From the NCBI GenBank assembly GCA_964016885.1, contig OZ024743.1:36890001-36954000 (forward strand): a stretch of DNA of 64,000 nucleotides, given 5' to 3'. Made by a program: the position numbers and the translations under genes. Below, piece after piece: positions 1-13,463 of this stretch. The stretch is from Eledone cirrhosa. Taxonomy: Eukaryota. The first letter of the stretch is position 1, and every line of letters begins with the position of its first letter. The notes beneath the pieces were generated by a model. It did no database searches and was not told where the DNA came from. It saw nothing but the letters and a program-made list of their open reading frames with translations.

Positions 1-229
1 TACCTATAGTGTAGGGCCACATTTTAAAATATATATTCTTATTTTATCATTAGTTTTTATTCTTTAATATTAAATCATCAAATATATATAAACTGCTATG
101 AAACTCACTAACTAACTATATGTCTGTTCTGTAATGCAACGTGCAGTCAATCAACTGCACATTTGTTATCTCATTGAGAGCATGAGCTATGATCGGGGGT
201 CACTAAAATAAACTCGGTGACTTTCGTAA

Positions 230-291
<62 letters not shown>

Positions 292-405
292 TAGTACAGA
301 TTAAACTTTAATCTGTACTATTTATAGATATTTGCTCTACGAGTTTATATATATATAAAATCCTTATAGAGCCTCTTCAGATTTTGGTCTTCGTAATTAT
401 CATTA

Positions 406-517
<112 letters not shown>

Positions 518-610
518 GTAGCAGGTGAGTTTTATTGTAGCACAATAAAGCAATGCAAATATCGGATAAGTAGCACTCAACAGTTTATAGGACTGGAGTA
601 TAAATAATCT

Positions 611-997
611 AATTGTTTCTACTTTTTGGCACAAGGCCAGCAAATACACAGTACATTACTGGTACTTTATTTTATCGACCCCGTAAGGATGAAAGGCAAA
701 GTTAACCTCGGCGGGATTTGAACTCAGAATGGCAAGGGCCGAAACTCTATGCATCAAAGCATGGCGTTCGACCTTCTACCGATACTGCCAATTCACCGCC
801 CTTTAAAGTATAAATAATATAATATAATTGTTTCTACTTTAGGCACAAGGCCAGCAATTATTTCAGTGCATTACTGGTACTTTATCTTATCGACCCCGTA
901 AGGATGAAAGCAAAGTTAACCTCGGCAGGATTTGAACTCAGAATGGCAAGGGCCGTAACTCTATACGTCAAAGCACTCTACCGATACTACCAATCCA
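611..997 (-). mobile_element. Two tandem copies (611-801, 826-997) of the dominant ~190-bp tRNA-headed SINE (family A)
   Basis: Sense consensus GGCGGTGGATTGGCAGTATCGG (A box)...GAGTTCAAATCC (B box)-CGCCGAGGTTAACTTTGCCTTTCATCCTTACGGGGTCGATAAAATAAAGTACCAGT...GGCCTTGTGCCAAAAGTAGAAACAATT. Confidence 0.85.
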
Positions 998-1432
998 ATA
1001 ACAAATAATAATCATGTATAGTTTTTTGTTTTTTTTTACCCGAATTTCTTTAGAGAAGAATCTCAAATTTCATATACCTTAGGGCCTCAGCAAGTGAAAG
1101 TCAAGACCCTACACATAGGGCCCATTGTTGAGCCTTGTCGGTTCACAGCTTTATACAAATTTTTATAATTAAATTAAATGTCTAATAATTTCCTGCCATC
1201 TATAAATAAATTACAGAAAATATTTGCCGCATAGCTGCGTTGCAAAAATATCTAAAGCGGTGAAGCTGCCATATCATTTGGCATGGGTGAGTGTGGATTG
1301 TGTAGAGGAAATATTGGCTTCGTCATTTTTTTGTTTGGTCACTAGAAAAAGTGTCAAAAATTAGGTTTGTCATCTTGCCAAACAGTAAGTTGAAAATATT
1401 TTATTTGAGGGACCGGGACGTATTATTATAGT

Positions 1433-2890
1433 ACTTTTTTTCTTCTTCTTCTTCTTCTTCTTCTTCTTCTTCTTCTTCTTCTTCTTCTTCTTCTTCTTCT
1501 TCTTCTTCTTCTTCTTCTTGAGAGGGTCGTGGGGGCAGAGCCCTGTCAAAGCAACCGTCTCCAACAGATCTGGCAGGATCCCCAACCGATACCAGCCAAG
1601 CCATGGATGTTATCCAACCATCTTGCTCAGGATCTACCCCTTAGTCTCTGACCAGTTGGTTTTGCTCGTAAAATCTGTCGAGCGATTCTTTCTTGAGACA
1701 TTCTAACCACATACCCATTGTATCGGAGATGTGATCTCTCAGTTAAGGGAGCTACGCAAACTATCGAGTAACGTTACTTCAAAGACCCTTCGGAGAAACC
1801 CCATTTAGGCCGCTTGTATTCGCGATCGTATTCTTTCAGTCGTTACCCAAGGTTCATGACCATAGGTAAGGGTAGGCACGAATACCGAAATGAAGATAGC
1901 GAGTTTGTCTTTTACACCTACCTCCCTTCCTTTGATTACTGAATGCTGAAGCTGGCGCATTACTGCACCAGCTCCTGCAATTCTTGTATATAATTCAGCC
2001 TTCTGCTTTCCATCACTCGTGAAAACGGCCTCGAGATAGTTGAACTTCTCAATCTGCTTCAGTGGAACTCCATTTATGTGTAGAGTGCACTGCGTAGACT
2101 TCCTTGAGAGGACGAGCATCTTAGTTTTCGCAACACTGATTTTCATTCCAGCCATGCAGCACTCGGCATCAAATCTATTGAGTGAAAGTCGGAGATCACC
2201 TTCTGCTGAATTAAGTAACACCATATCGTCTGCAAATTCCAGCTGATTGATTTTATACACGCCAGTCATGTTATCACTTCCAACCCGGCTGTGCATTTCA
2301 ATCTTATTCATGTAAATAATGAACAGGAGATGTGACAATACGCACCCTTGGCGGAGTCCGACTCCCACATTGAATGGTTTCGATTTAGCACCATTTATCC
2401 GAACACAAGTACTTGGGTATTCGTATAAAGACATCAGGGCAGCAAGGAACTGTCCACCGATCCCATACCATACTCCTGCAGAACCTCCCTCGGCAGGTCC
2501 CGAGGAACGTGGTCATATGCCTTTTCAAAATCGACAAAACAAGGATACACTTCTTGGCAATACATCCCTGATTTCTCGAAGACCTGCTGAAGTGTGAATA
2601 TTTGGTCGGCTGTGTCGCGTCCGGAGCGAAAACCACACGATTCATCAGCTAGCATGGACTCGACAATATCCCTGCATCTCTTTGACAGACACTTAGAATA
2701 AACTTTACCGGGGAGGCTTAACAAAGAGATCCCTCTAATTGAAACAATCTCTCTTGTCTCTCTTTTTGAAAATTGGGATTATCACTTCCAATTGGTTAGG
2801 TGCTTTTCCAGAGATCCTGGCCTCCCACAAGTCAACCAGAGAATACCGTCTCTTTTTAAGGCTTTTAACATCTCGGGTCGGATTTCAGGG
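1433..2890 (-). mobile_element. RTE-clade LINE, 3' half (RT domain, frameshifted) with (GAA)n tail
   Basis: Translations EIRPEMLKAL, VIIPIFKK, SLPGKVYSKCL, FVDFEKAYD, GLRQGCVLS, FADD, RIQAA. The (TTC)n at 1440-1518 is the tail. Confidence 0.9.
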
Positions 2891-3015
2891 GGGATGGAGC
2901 AATGGGAAACAACACATTGCTCAAGGAAACAACACATCAACCGGTCCGAGAATTGAACTCACAACCTTTCGATTGCAAGCCCAATGCTCTAACCACTAAG
3001 CCATGCGCCTTCACA

Positions 3016-4139
3016 TGCTTTAGGTGGCGGGGCTTGTTTGAAAAATATATTGCAATCTCCATTTCATGCTGCAAAAACTAGCGATGTGTCTGCAACCTGT
3101 CCTGGGAGGCGTGGGTTAGATGCACATGGTTTGCGTATTCCGAGACCTCAAAGAGAGTCCGGAAGGGAGCAAACCATAACAGTTGGAATCCGGAACATCA
3201 CTTGATATGGAAAATAGTAATTGAAAGGAATGGCGACACCGATCTAAATACGAATGAAGATGCCTTACTAGACTTCTGTTCTAGCATTGGACTCTATATT
3301 ATGAACACCTTCTTCCAGCACAGAGACATCCATAAATATACATGGTATAAGGGGAGTCAGGGACAAAGATCAATAATTGATTGTGTTATTTTCTCTGATC
3401 TCTTTTATTTTGTGCTGGATGTTTGTGTTAAGGGGGGAGCTGAACTGTAAATTGATCATCTAGATATCTGCAACTTGAGACTAACTAAAGCCAAGGAAAT
3501 CCACAAAATTGGCAAGTCCAGGGCGACCTACAGGATAAGTGGGAAGCATTGGTGAATAAGAAAGTCAGGACCAGGTATTGCATCCAAATTCAGAAAACTC
3601 CCTGAGCAAACTGAGGACGTTGAGACATAGTGTTGATTGTTCAGCCCAGCAGTGTCTGTTACAGCTATTAAATGCTGTGGGCGAAATAGAGTTGGTGTGG
3701 TGCCGGATGGCAGGAGGATCCCTTGATTCAATCAAGAGACCAAAGATGTCATCCGAGCAAAGAAGGAGGTTTACAAAGCTTGGCTTGGAAATAAGTCCTC
3801 CTTCCTGCACTAGCAGGCACAAGCAGGCACGAAGAATCGCAGCAGAAACAGTAAAGGCGTCCAAAGTTAAGACATGGGAGGACATTGGGGTTAAGCTGGA
3901 ATCATCAAATAAAGTGTTCTGGTAAACCATTCGCCGACTTCGTAATAAGAAGCCCTCCTCCACACCTGCTATCAGCAATGCCTCGTGGTTCTCCACTCTT
4001 CAGAGAGGTGCATCCTCACGAGGTGGCGAGAATACTTTGCTGATCTCCTAAAGCCGATTACAACAGCATCTTCTGATATACACAAGGTCCATCTGGGAGC
4101 GATAACTAATCTCTCAGAGCCTGAGGTCACAAGAGCAGT
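3016..4139 (+). mobile_element. Inverted 5' half of the same RTE LINE (APE endonuclease remnants and linker)
   Basis: TITVGIRNIT (APE N-terminus), LLDFCSSIGLYIMNTFFQHRDIHKYTWY..RSIID, ILTRWREYFADLL, EVTRAV; contains stops and frameshifts. Confidence 0.85.
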
Positions 4140-4469
4140 TATTATTATAGTTGATATTAAAAATTATCCAGCATTGCAATATTAAGAATTGAAACTGGAG
4201 AGTAATCTGCAAAACTCAACAAGCAAGAAGTAAGCCATATTGAAAGCAATCAATTAGTCAAACGATCTGAGATGAAAGAAGAAACTTGATTTTTGATTTA
4301 GCAATGCTTCACCACAAAAACAAAATGGAGAAAAATCAAGTGGTGACAGTTCTGCACTTACCTATAAGCGAAATAAGCTATAGCTTAGGCCCACACACCC
4401 TCGGGGGCTTCATTTGTTAAATTATATTAATATTTTATCATTAGTTTATATTCTTTAACACTAAATCAT

Positions 4470-4513
<44 letters not shown>

Positions 4514-4519
4514 ATGTTC

Positions 4520-6498
4520 AAGACCCCCGGCGGCAGAGCACAAGCTGTTTCGACAGCTATTTCTGGACTAAATTAGATTTTTAGCGTGGTAATAAATAGC
4601 CGAACTTTTATGGGAAGATTGTAGTTGTCAAAAGTATTGGTCAAAATTTCTTGTAAACACAATTAAATCTTTCATTGTGGTGGCTGAACTTGCCTGTAGA
4701 ACAATGAGGGAGTAGGTGGAGCCGGTCAAGCGTTGAAAGTGAATTCTATGCAGCAAATTCTAAGGAGTGTGGGTGAAATTAGGCTAGCTAGAAAGCAGGC
4801 GAAAAAAGAATTCTGGAGGAATCTGGTAGTGGGAAGTTATAGAATTAAAAAGTTCATAGATTGGAATTAAAAAATAACAAGTAAAAATAATAGTAATATT
4901 AAAAAGTTAAATAATAAAAAAAATAATTAAAAAAACTAGATTCTAAAACAGCTGATGGTTAGAGCGGCGGTGGATGTAATCCGAGTCAATTTCCTGGACG
5001 TTATCCTCAACCTCGAAAATGATCTGTACTACTCATACAGGAAACCAAACGACAACCTTCACTACATCCACCGCCGCTCTAACCATCCTAGAAACATCAC
5101 CAATAACCTGGTTAAAAACATCTCCCTCCGCATATCTCGTTTGTTTGCTAATGAGCAGATATTCGATGAACATGAACCTTATTACAATCAGGCCCTCAAG
5201 CAAAGCGGCTTTCAGGAGGATATCTCCTTTTACCCAGCTTCCCTTAGCGGAACCAGTAGGCGCCGCTGCCGCTCACGCAACGTTACGTGGTTCAACTCTC
5301 CCCCACAATGACGATGTTTCAACACCAATCGGGAAAATTTTCTTTAGGCTCCTCGAAAAACACTTCCCACCACAACACTGCTACCACAACATAATCAACA
5401 AAAACACTACCAAACTCTCCTACAGCACCACACCCAATTTCGCACAAAACATTGCCTCCTCAAACAACAAGAAACTCAACTCCTATGGAAGAAACAGCCT
5501 AGACATTAGTGGAGAGCCGACCAGGAGGTGTAACTGCCCTGATAGATCTACGTGCCACCTCAACAACAGATGCCCAGAACGTAACGTCATCTACCAATGC
5601 AACGTGAGGACGGAAAACTCCAACAAAGCCTATATAGGATTAACCGCTTGTGACTTTAAGACTCGGCTCTACCAACACCGACATACGTTCAGAAACCCGG
5701 CCCGGCGACATGCCACTACACTTTCGGGCCACATCTGGGGCCTCCAAGATAATAACATCACATACCATCTTACTTGGAGCTTACTTTCCATGGCTAACTC
5801 CTACACGGGAGGGCGCTGACCGTGTAACTTATGCTCGGGGGAAATAATACAAACGCTGTTTACGAAGGACCGATTCCTAAACAAAAAAGACGAACTTGTA
5901 ACCGCATGTAAACACCGATTGCGTAGGACTTACCTCGCCCTCAAACCCCCTCATGATCGGGTGGGTAGACAATGGCTGTAACATCCCTTTTTTCCCACTT
6001 GGCGAACAAGATAGGGGAAACCCCAGCATACATAGGTAGATGTACTTCTTTTCTTTTTTCCCTTTATCTCTTCTTCTCACTTCCTTCCACTCCCTCTCCT
6101 CTTACTTTTCCTTTTTCCTCTTTCACTTACCCTGAAGCAGCCCATCGAGCTTTTGTAGCTTCAGTACCCCCATCCTAGTAAATTCTATATAGCATTGGCC
6201 GAAAACACAATACCAGCTAAAAATATAGCAGCTGTTTTAGACTCTAGTTTTTTTATTATTTTCTATTATTTAATTTTTTAGTATTATTATTATTTTTATT
6301 TATTATTTATTATTTTTTTATTTTTTTATTTCAATCTATGAACTTTTTAATTCTATAACTTCCCACTCTCAGATTCCTCCAGAATTCTTTTTTCTCCTGA
6401 TTTCTAGCTAGCCTAATTTCACCCACACTCCTTAGAATTTGGTGTATAGAATTCACTTTCAACGCTTGACCGGCTCCACCTACTCCATCATTGTTCTA
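4520..6498 (+). mobile_element. 5'-truncated Penelope-like element (RT thumb and GIY-YIG) with inverted pseudo-LTR
   Basis: VNFLDV..YRKPND...SNHP..LRISRL, then CNC..C, NVIYQCNV..YIGLT..FKTRLYQH. 4697-4954 is an inverted copy of 6229-6498. (TA)n lies on both sides. Confidence 0.88.
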
Positions 6499-6505
6499 TA
6501 TATAT

Positions 6506-6590
<85 letters not shown>

Positions 6591-7098
6591 TATATATTAT
6601 TTATTAATTTATTTTTAGCATACACATTAATATAAAAAAATAATAATTTTTTTCTCTGATTTTACTTTGAGAAAGGCCTCAAATTTCATGTAGCTTGGGG
6701 CTTGAGCAGGTGAAAGTCGGGCCCTAGTGTAGAGCATGTCAATGAATACAATGGACCAATTGACTACATCATTTCTGGTTACTCTGTATTTGCAATGGCC
6801 AACTCTATCCACAGACATAATTAAGTCAGTAAATATGTATACTGAGAATTATCTCGATACCACGATATGAATTGTTATCAATGATTTCTAGTAAAACCTT
6901 TGTATGCCGATAGAAATCTCGATTTCTTCTAATCAAAATAATCAGACGTCAAGGAAAATCTAGAATATAGAGATATTGAAATTGAAATAAAACAGAGTGT
7001 GGAGAGTGTGTGTGTGTGTGTGTGTGTGTGAGTGTGTGTGTCTACGTGTGTGTGGGTGTGTTGTGGGTGGGTGTGTACGTGTGTGTGTGTGCACGCGC

Positions 7099-7190
<92 letters not shown>

Positions 7191-9182
7191 GATCTCCGTC
7201 GGTTTCCACAACGAATGTTCCATTTGGTTCGATCAACGAAACATCCTGTTGGTGAAATTAACGAGAAAGTGCATGAGCATTCTAGAAAGAGGTGTACCCT
7301 TAACACAGTCCTCAGAGAGATTCAACGTGACATAGTGTGTTTAACAAGTGTGGCTCTTTGATTTACATAATTTTTGCCAACTGAGTGTGTTGAAGCAAAA
7401 TGATATAAAGTATCTTGCTCAAGGACACAAGCCACCACTAACGACTTAATAATCGTGAGCCGAAATCTCTCAACACTAAGTTATGTCCTTTCACGGCATA
7501 TGGAATATGAAAGAGAAAACAATACCATTGATAAGTGGAGCACAAGGTATGATATAAATCATATCAGCACTCTACAGACATTGTAAAAGTCATCTAATGC
7601 CCTACTCAAGACACTTTCAATAGCACACAACAGATACCATTTACAATCAGAACCCGATGTCCGTATGGTCCCGTAACTCATGATTAAGTCGTAGGGGCAC
7701 CGTAGTGGCATACGGCGTTACTTGGTAATTTTAAGCCTGGCGGAGCCCATCCCTCTCCAAGTTTGACCACAGATTTCTTCCAGAGAAGAAGAAAGAGTGA
7801 CAGAGGAAGTGAGAAAAAGATATAGGGCGAAAATAAATCCCTGTATTGGACTGGTATATATTTCGACCGCGAAAGGATGAAAGGCAAAGTTGGCATCGGC
7901 AGGATTTGAACTCAGAGAGAAGAGAGCTGGAACAAATACCACCAATCATTCTATCCAACGTTCTAACAACTCGCCAATCCGCCGCCTCCCACCACACAAT
8001 ACCATATAATCTTTACATTTTAGCACAACCTACATTCTTTATCATAGCAAATCCTCCAATCATTATTGGCAATGTATTCTACATATCCTGCATTGCTCAA
8101 TTTCAATCTCTTGAGATTTTTAAGTTTTTCGATGTTATCCGAGCTAATTGTAAAGCCGTTTTGAGGTCGTGTTGATCTGCTAGAAGTAGCAGCCGAATAT
8201 CTCTAAAACTAACATCCTAATGTCAAATGAAAGAACGCGTTGAATAATCCTGAGCAGAGTACATTATTCCAGGATAAAATACTGTATAGTCGTGTCTGTA
8301 ATGTCCTTTGCTCTATAGGTATATTTGAAACAAAAACAACTACAACAATGCAACCTACACAGCACATAATCTACTGAACCAACTACATAAACTTGTGTAT
8401 TACAGTATTATTTTATGCATTTCCATTTCTCATACAAATGTCTGGTTTTGGCCTAGACGTTTAATCATTCCCCTGTGTAGTGCCATCTACCCCAGGGGAC
8501 TATATCAATCTCTTTGAGAACTTTTTTTTTCACACAATCATCACTCGACACTATCCCACAACGTAAACAACACATACAAAACACAAACCCCACCCAACAA
8601 AATGGTTTCTAATTTTAGGTACAACAATCTGGGGAGAGGAGAAAGTTGATTATATCGACTCCTTTACTTGACAGGTACTTTATTTTATCGACCCCAGAAG
8701 GATGAATGGCAAAGTTGCCCTCGGTGGAATTTGAACTCAGAATGTAAAGAACCAGACCAAATACTGCCAATCCACCGCCTTTACAACACCCAACTAAATA
8801 AAACAGCTCACAAAATCCTGCCGAGGTTAACTTTGCCTTTCATCCTTACTGGGTCGATAAAATAAAGTACCAGTAATGCACTGGTTAATTGCTGGCCTTG
8901 TGCCAAAAGTAGAAACAATTATATATACTCTAAACGACTAACAGAAAAATATTAAAATAACACCGGAAACAATAATGCAAAATTTATACAATATAGAAAA
9001 ACAATGTATGTGACATTTTTTTGCATCTACCACAATAAATATTCATTATTTAGCTTAGTATGGGCGGTGGTTTGGCAGAATCGGTAGAACATCTAAAGGA
9101 AATACTTTGCAGTATTTCGTTATGGACTTGTGGTTTCAAATCCTGTCGATGTCAGCTTTGTCTTTTATGCTTCTGAGGTCGA

Positions 9183-10350
9183 TCCGAGCGGCAGATGAGG
9201 AGATATGCAACGTCATGTTTGATGACCTTGGTTGGCAACAGACCACCTTACTTATTAGAAATGGTAGCCCTGGTCTCCGGTCTCGCTGGCTTTGCCGGTG
9301 TTTCTTTCGTCGGTAACCACTTGCCGCGTACTCATCAATATGGTTCTACTAAACACAACGGAACCCACTGTAATCGAGGAACGTGAGTCCGCCTGGGAGA
9401 CTTGGAACCAGCTCAGACTCCACCCAGTAGACCTCACTTCTCATCTTTTCCTTGTTGAAGTCCCCCCCCCCCCGAACATATTGGATGTCATCCAGTGCAA
9501 CATGGTCTCGGGCAGGCAAGCGCGCCAGCTCAACCAACACCCCCTCACATGTTTTCGCTCGGCTTCGCAATTCCACAGCGGTGCCTGGCTCAATGCCGCA
9601 CCCCACTGGATAATGATAGCCTGCGTATCGGGGTTTCCCTGAGGCTCAGCCTCCAGATTTGTAAGCCATCAAATGTCGCTGCGAATCCACCGTAGACTCT
9701 TTCGGCCTCCACACGCTGTCCTACCACTACAGTGCAGGCCGGCTCCCACGCCATGCTGCTCTCAACGGTATCATAAAGCGTGGCTTGCATGCTGCAGGTT
9801 TCCTCTCCAAGCTCGGGCCGGTGGGATTGGACCGAGTGGACAGCAAAAAGCCAGACGTCATGACCATCTTCCCGTTCCGCGGTGGTAAACTCCTCATCAG
9901 GGATTCCACATGCAGCGACACATCCTCAAACGGCAAACTGGTGCAGTCTGCGACTAACCCCAGCTCTACTGCACTTCGGATCGAGGAGGGTAAACTTTCT
10001 AAATATAGGTCGCTCTCCGACAGGTTTGCGGACGAGCCCGTGGCAGTGGAGCCTTCTGGTGTCCATGGCCCTAGGGCCACTTCCCTGTTCACCCCCATGG
10101 ACACAGAGTTGGCTACCCACAGGTGTGAGCTTTGCGAGCTTAATGGCTCTTTCAGTGCGTCTTCCCCACCCTTATCCGGGGAAACGTCTTCTCCATTCTG
10201 TCAGCCACGGTCGCAGAGCGGCCAGCATGTGGGCCCCCATTTCTTCATAATAGTGAGAGATGGGGTGAGTGGGAGATACAGGGACAGTGACAGTTGTAGT
10301 TTTGTTCCTTTGTGCTCGGACCTGGTGTATATCTTTCACAGACACACACT
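9183..10350 (+). mobile_element. Degenerate 3' end of a CRE-like, RLE-type non-LTR retrotransposon
   Basis: HSGAWLNA, LDNDSLRIGVSLRL, a CRC..H..C knuckle, RHAALN.IIKR, KPDVMTIFPF..GK.LI.D.TC.DT (PD..D nuclease); frameshifted. Confidence 0.8.
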
Positions 10351-10570
10351 CATATCGTTGATAAAAGCGTGTTGATCTATTTTAATGCTTAAGTTAACAT
10401 AAATAGTAAGAATTAAAGAGCTATCTGTTTGTTTCCTTAAACTATATATCCTCAATTCACAGTTCTTTCATACCTACATATTGACCTGACTACCCACCTA
10501 CACATATTTACACCTAACTACATACCTCCCGACTTACTTACCTACCCACATACCGACCTACTTACATATC

Positions 10571-10619
<49 letters not shown>

Positions 10620-10621
<2 letters not shown>

Positions 10622-12210
10622 ATACTATTTATAGTTATGTATATAGTATAAACAACCATAAACAGGAAGGTCAGTAATTTCTTAATTACCTTATTACCAG
10701 TAAGAGAAATAGCTCAATGTATGAACATCAGTTGTTTTACAGAGCAGTTAAATCAATAAATTATACAATTATCAAAGTTGTGTTCAAATCATTTAATAGC
10801 TGACAATCGTTTCTTCCAAACTCTCGTTTGGAATCATCGGAGCATTATCAATGTTTGCACATATAAATACCCTCCTATCCAACTTAACAATAATATAGAT
10901 ACATATAAATTGATGTTGTGAGCAACAGTTTCGTATTTACAGGGTTGAATGGATGTGACATCTATTTTACGAGAATTGTACAATAATTGTACAAACATTC
11001 AAGTTCAAATTCAAATCAAAATTAAAATTAAAATCAAAATCAAAGGCACGGAGTGGAATACATGCAACAGTTAAAACAAGGGAATAGTCCAAATATTAAA
11101 GAGGCATTGAGAGAGTAGTTTTGAGAAAGGAAGAGTGCGATAACAAATCATATGCATGCGTGTGGATAGTGTGACTACCTAAGTCATATACATGAGAAGG
11201 AGACAAGCAAAGCTATTATCATATATAGATGAATAAATACTGCAGTTGAAGCAAATATGTTAATGTATTAGAGTCTATGGTGGGTGTTGAATGTCGATGG
11301 TGTTCGAATTAATGTGTGTTGAGAAACATACAGTTTTTGCATACTTTTCCATGACATATGTTGAATTAAATTTCAGTTAATGTTTATATTGAGTGTTTTA
11401 AGTTAGTTAGAGCAATGGATTGTAAATTAGTCTTAATGAATTCATATTCATAGACTATATTTGATCAACCGTTAAATTTTCAATCGTTAATTTCCGGAAG
11501 TGAATAAGGGGAGCTAATGCGTAAGGGGAGGTAACTAGCTAATTAAGTTCAATTTAGTTATTAAAATTCTTTGTTCTAATACACAATATAATGTGATACC
11601 ATTGGATCTCTGTTACATAACCCTGTATATTTATGCCTAATTTTAAATATAGTGTATTCTACTATCATACATTAAAGGTTTCTTTAGATTGTTATCTATT
11701 CATTACTGGATAAGGTATATGTTATGAAGGATTATACAGCTGTTAATATGTCATAGTAAATATGCCATATGTGCAATAATACAATCCCTAATATAGAATG
11801 CTATTACATTCTATATTTAATTATAAGTGTATATATACTTTATTACTATTATGTTGTGTAATTTAAGCATTTAATTATACAATTACAAATGCACACATAG
11901 TTTATCTTCACACATTACATTAAATGTCTCGACATACCAAGTGCCAAATATTCATTACTGTGTAAGATATAATTAATCTATTGTAGTTATATCACAAGGT
12001 GGTAACTCTATGTCTAATTCTAACTGTTATTGCAGAGCATAAGGTTATAGATGAATAGGAGTTGTGTAGCGGAAAGAGTTGGTTGAGGGGTTTGTGGTTG
12101 TGAGTGCTGCTAAGTCCTAGATGTGTAGTTTCAATGGTGGTGGGGAATTCAAATCTGAAATTGTTGTATAACAGCTAGGTTTAAAGTTATGGAACGAGTT
12201 CCGGTACCGG
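10620..12210 (-). mobile_element. Highly degenerate PLE-like remnant with a hammerhead motif
   Basis: Minimal hammerhead motif at 10793-10849 and a faint NIYLIQ GIY-YIG-like trace near 11690-11745; bordered by (TA)n. Confidence 0.45.
10793..10849 (-). ncRNA. Minimal type I hammerhead motif (U4C variant)
   Basis: Reverse complement: AAUGCU-CCGAUGA-UUCCAAAC-GAGA-GUUUGGAA-GAAAC-GAUU-GUC^-AGCUAUU; perfect 8-bp stem II with a GNRA loop. Confidence 0.7.
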
Positions 12211-12373
12211 TGTTATATATATATGTGTTATATACATAGATATGCAAGTAGGTCGGGATGTAGTTAGGTGTAACACCTAACTACGGGAGGTATGTAGTTA
12301 GGTGTAACACCTAACTACATACCTCCCGACTTACTTACCTACCCACATAGCGACCTACTTACATATCTATGTT

Positions 12374-13220
12374 TTTCCTGAGTTCAGTTTTTTTCGTCGC
12401 TATGGTCACTGCGACTCGTCTATCGGTCGCTGTATTCGATTTGCAAAGCTGTCTAAACGTAATGTTATAACTCTAGGGTAATATACCCTATTGAGTACTT
12501 AGCTGCACACCGGGATAGCATTCGTTAGCTTGGCTGCAACCAGAGCTTCGTTGATGTTGTACTAAATTTTGTATTATTATCTCCTAGAATTAACGATTAA
12601 TTGATTAATTTAATTAGACAATTCTATTGATTGATTAATTGTTTATGTTTGTTTGATAACTTCTAGTTGAGTGCTTAATTTGGTTTGTGTAAGAGAATTT
12701 TATTCCTTTGTTCCAAATTCGAATTGGCCGCCAAAACCGGGGGTTAACTCCCTTTGAGAAAACCATGTGCCTTTTAGCAGTGCTTACTGCTAGAACACAC
12801 ACTCGGGCGGATGAGAACGAAAAACTTGTTGACGAAGTAAACTCCACTGTTCTATCCTCAAAAACCATTAACTTGCAGACCCCTGCAAGTGGATTTTGTC
12901 GATTTCGGATTTACAGAAACCTAGCGGAGATGTTATATATTGTATGTGATGTATATTATATGGTATATATTATGTGTTGTGTATGATATCGACGCGATGG
13001 TCCAGGTCAGTCAAAATTGTTTCCTGAGTTCAGTTTTTTTCGTCGCTATGGTCACTGCGGCCCGTCTATCGGTCGCTGTATTCGATTTGCAAAACTGTCT
13101 AAACGTAATGTTATAACTCTAGGGTAATATACCCTATTGAGTGCTTAGCGGCACACCGAGATAGCATTCGTGAGCTTGGCTGCAACCAGAGCTTCGTTGA
13201 TGCTGTACTAAATTTTGTAT
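12374..13220. repeat. Two ~200-bp direct repeats (12374-12573, 13020-13220) around a ~445-bp core
   Basis: TTTCCTGAGTTCAGTTTTTTTCGTCGCTATGG...GTACTAAATTTTGTAT occurs twice with few substitutions. Confidence 0.9.
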
Positions 13221-13250
13221 ATATATATATATATATATATATGGTTTGAA

Positions 13251-13463
13251 ATTAGAAAATATATAGCTTTCACCGTATTTTTGACTAAAGGAATTTTAGC
13301 CTGATAATGGGGTTTAGAACCCTCAGATAAATGGAAAAAGATGAGTATTGACGCACGTGCGTCAATACTCATCTTTTTTCCATTTATCTGAGGGTTATAA
13401 ACCCCATTATCAGGCTAAAATTCCTTTAGTCAAAAATACGGTGAAAGCTATATATTTTCTAAT
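13251..13463. repeat. Spacerless near-perfect palindrome (~106-bp arms) between (TA)n tracts
   Basis: Centre GACGCAC|GTGCGTC at 13356/13357; the arms differ by about one substitution and one indel. Confidence 0.95.
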
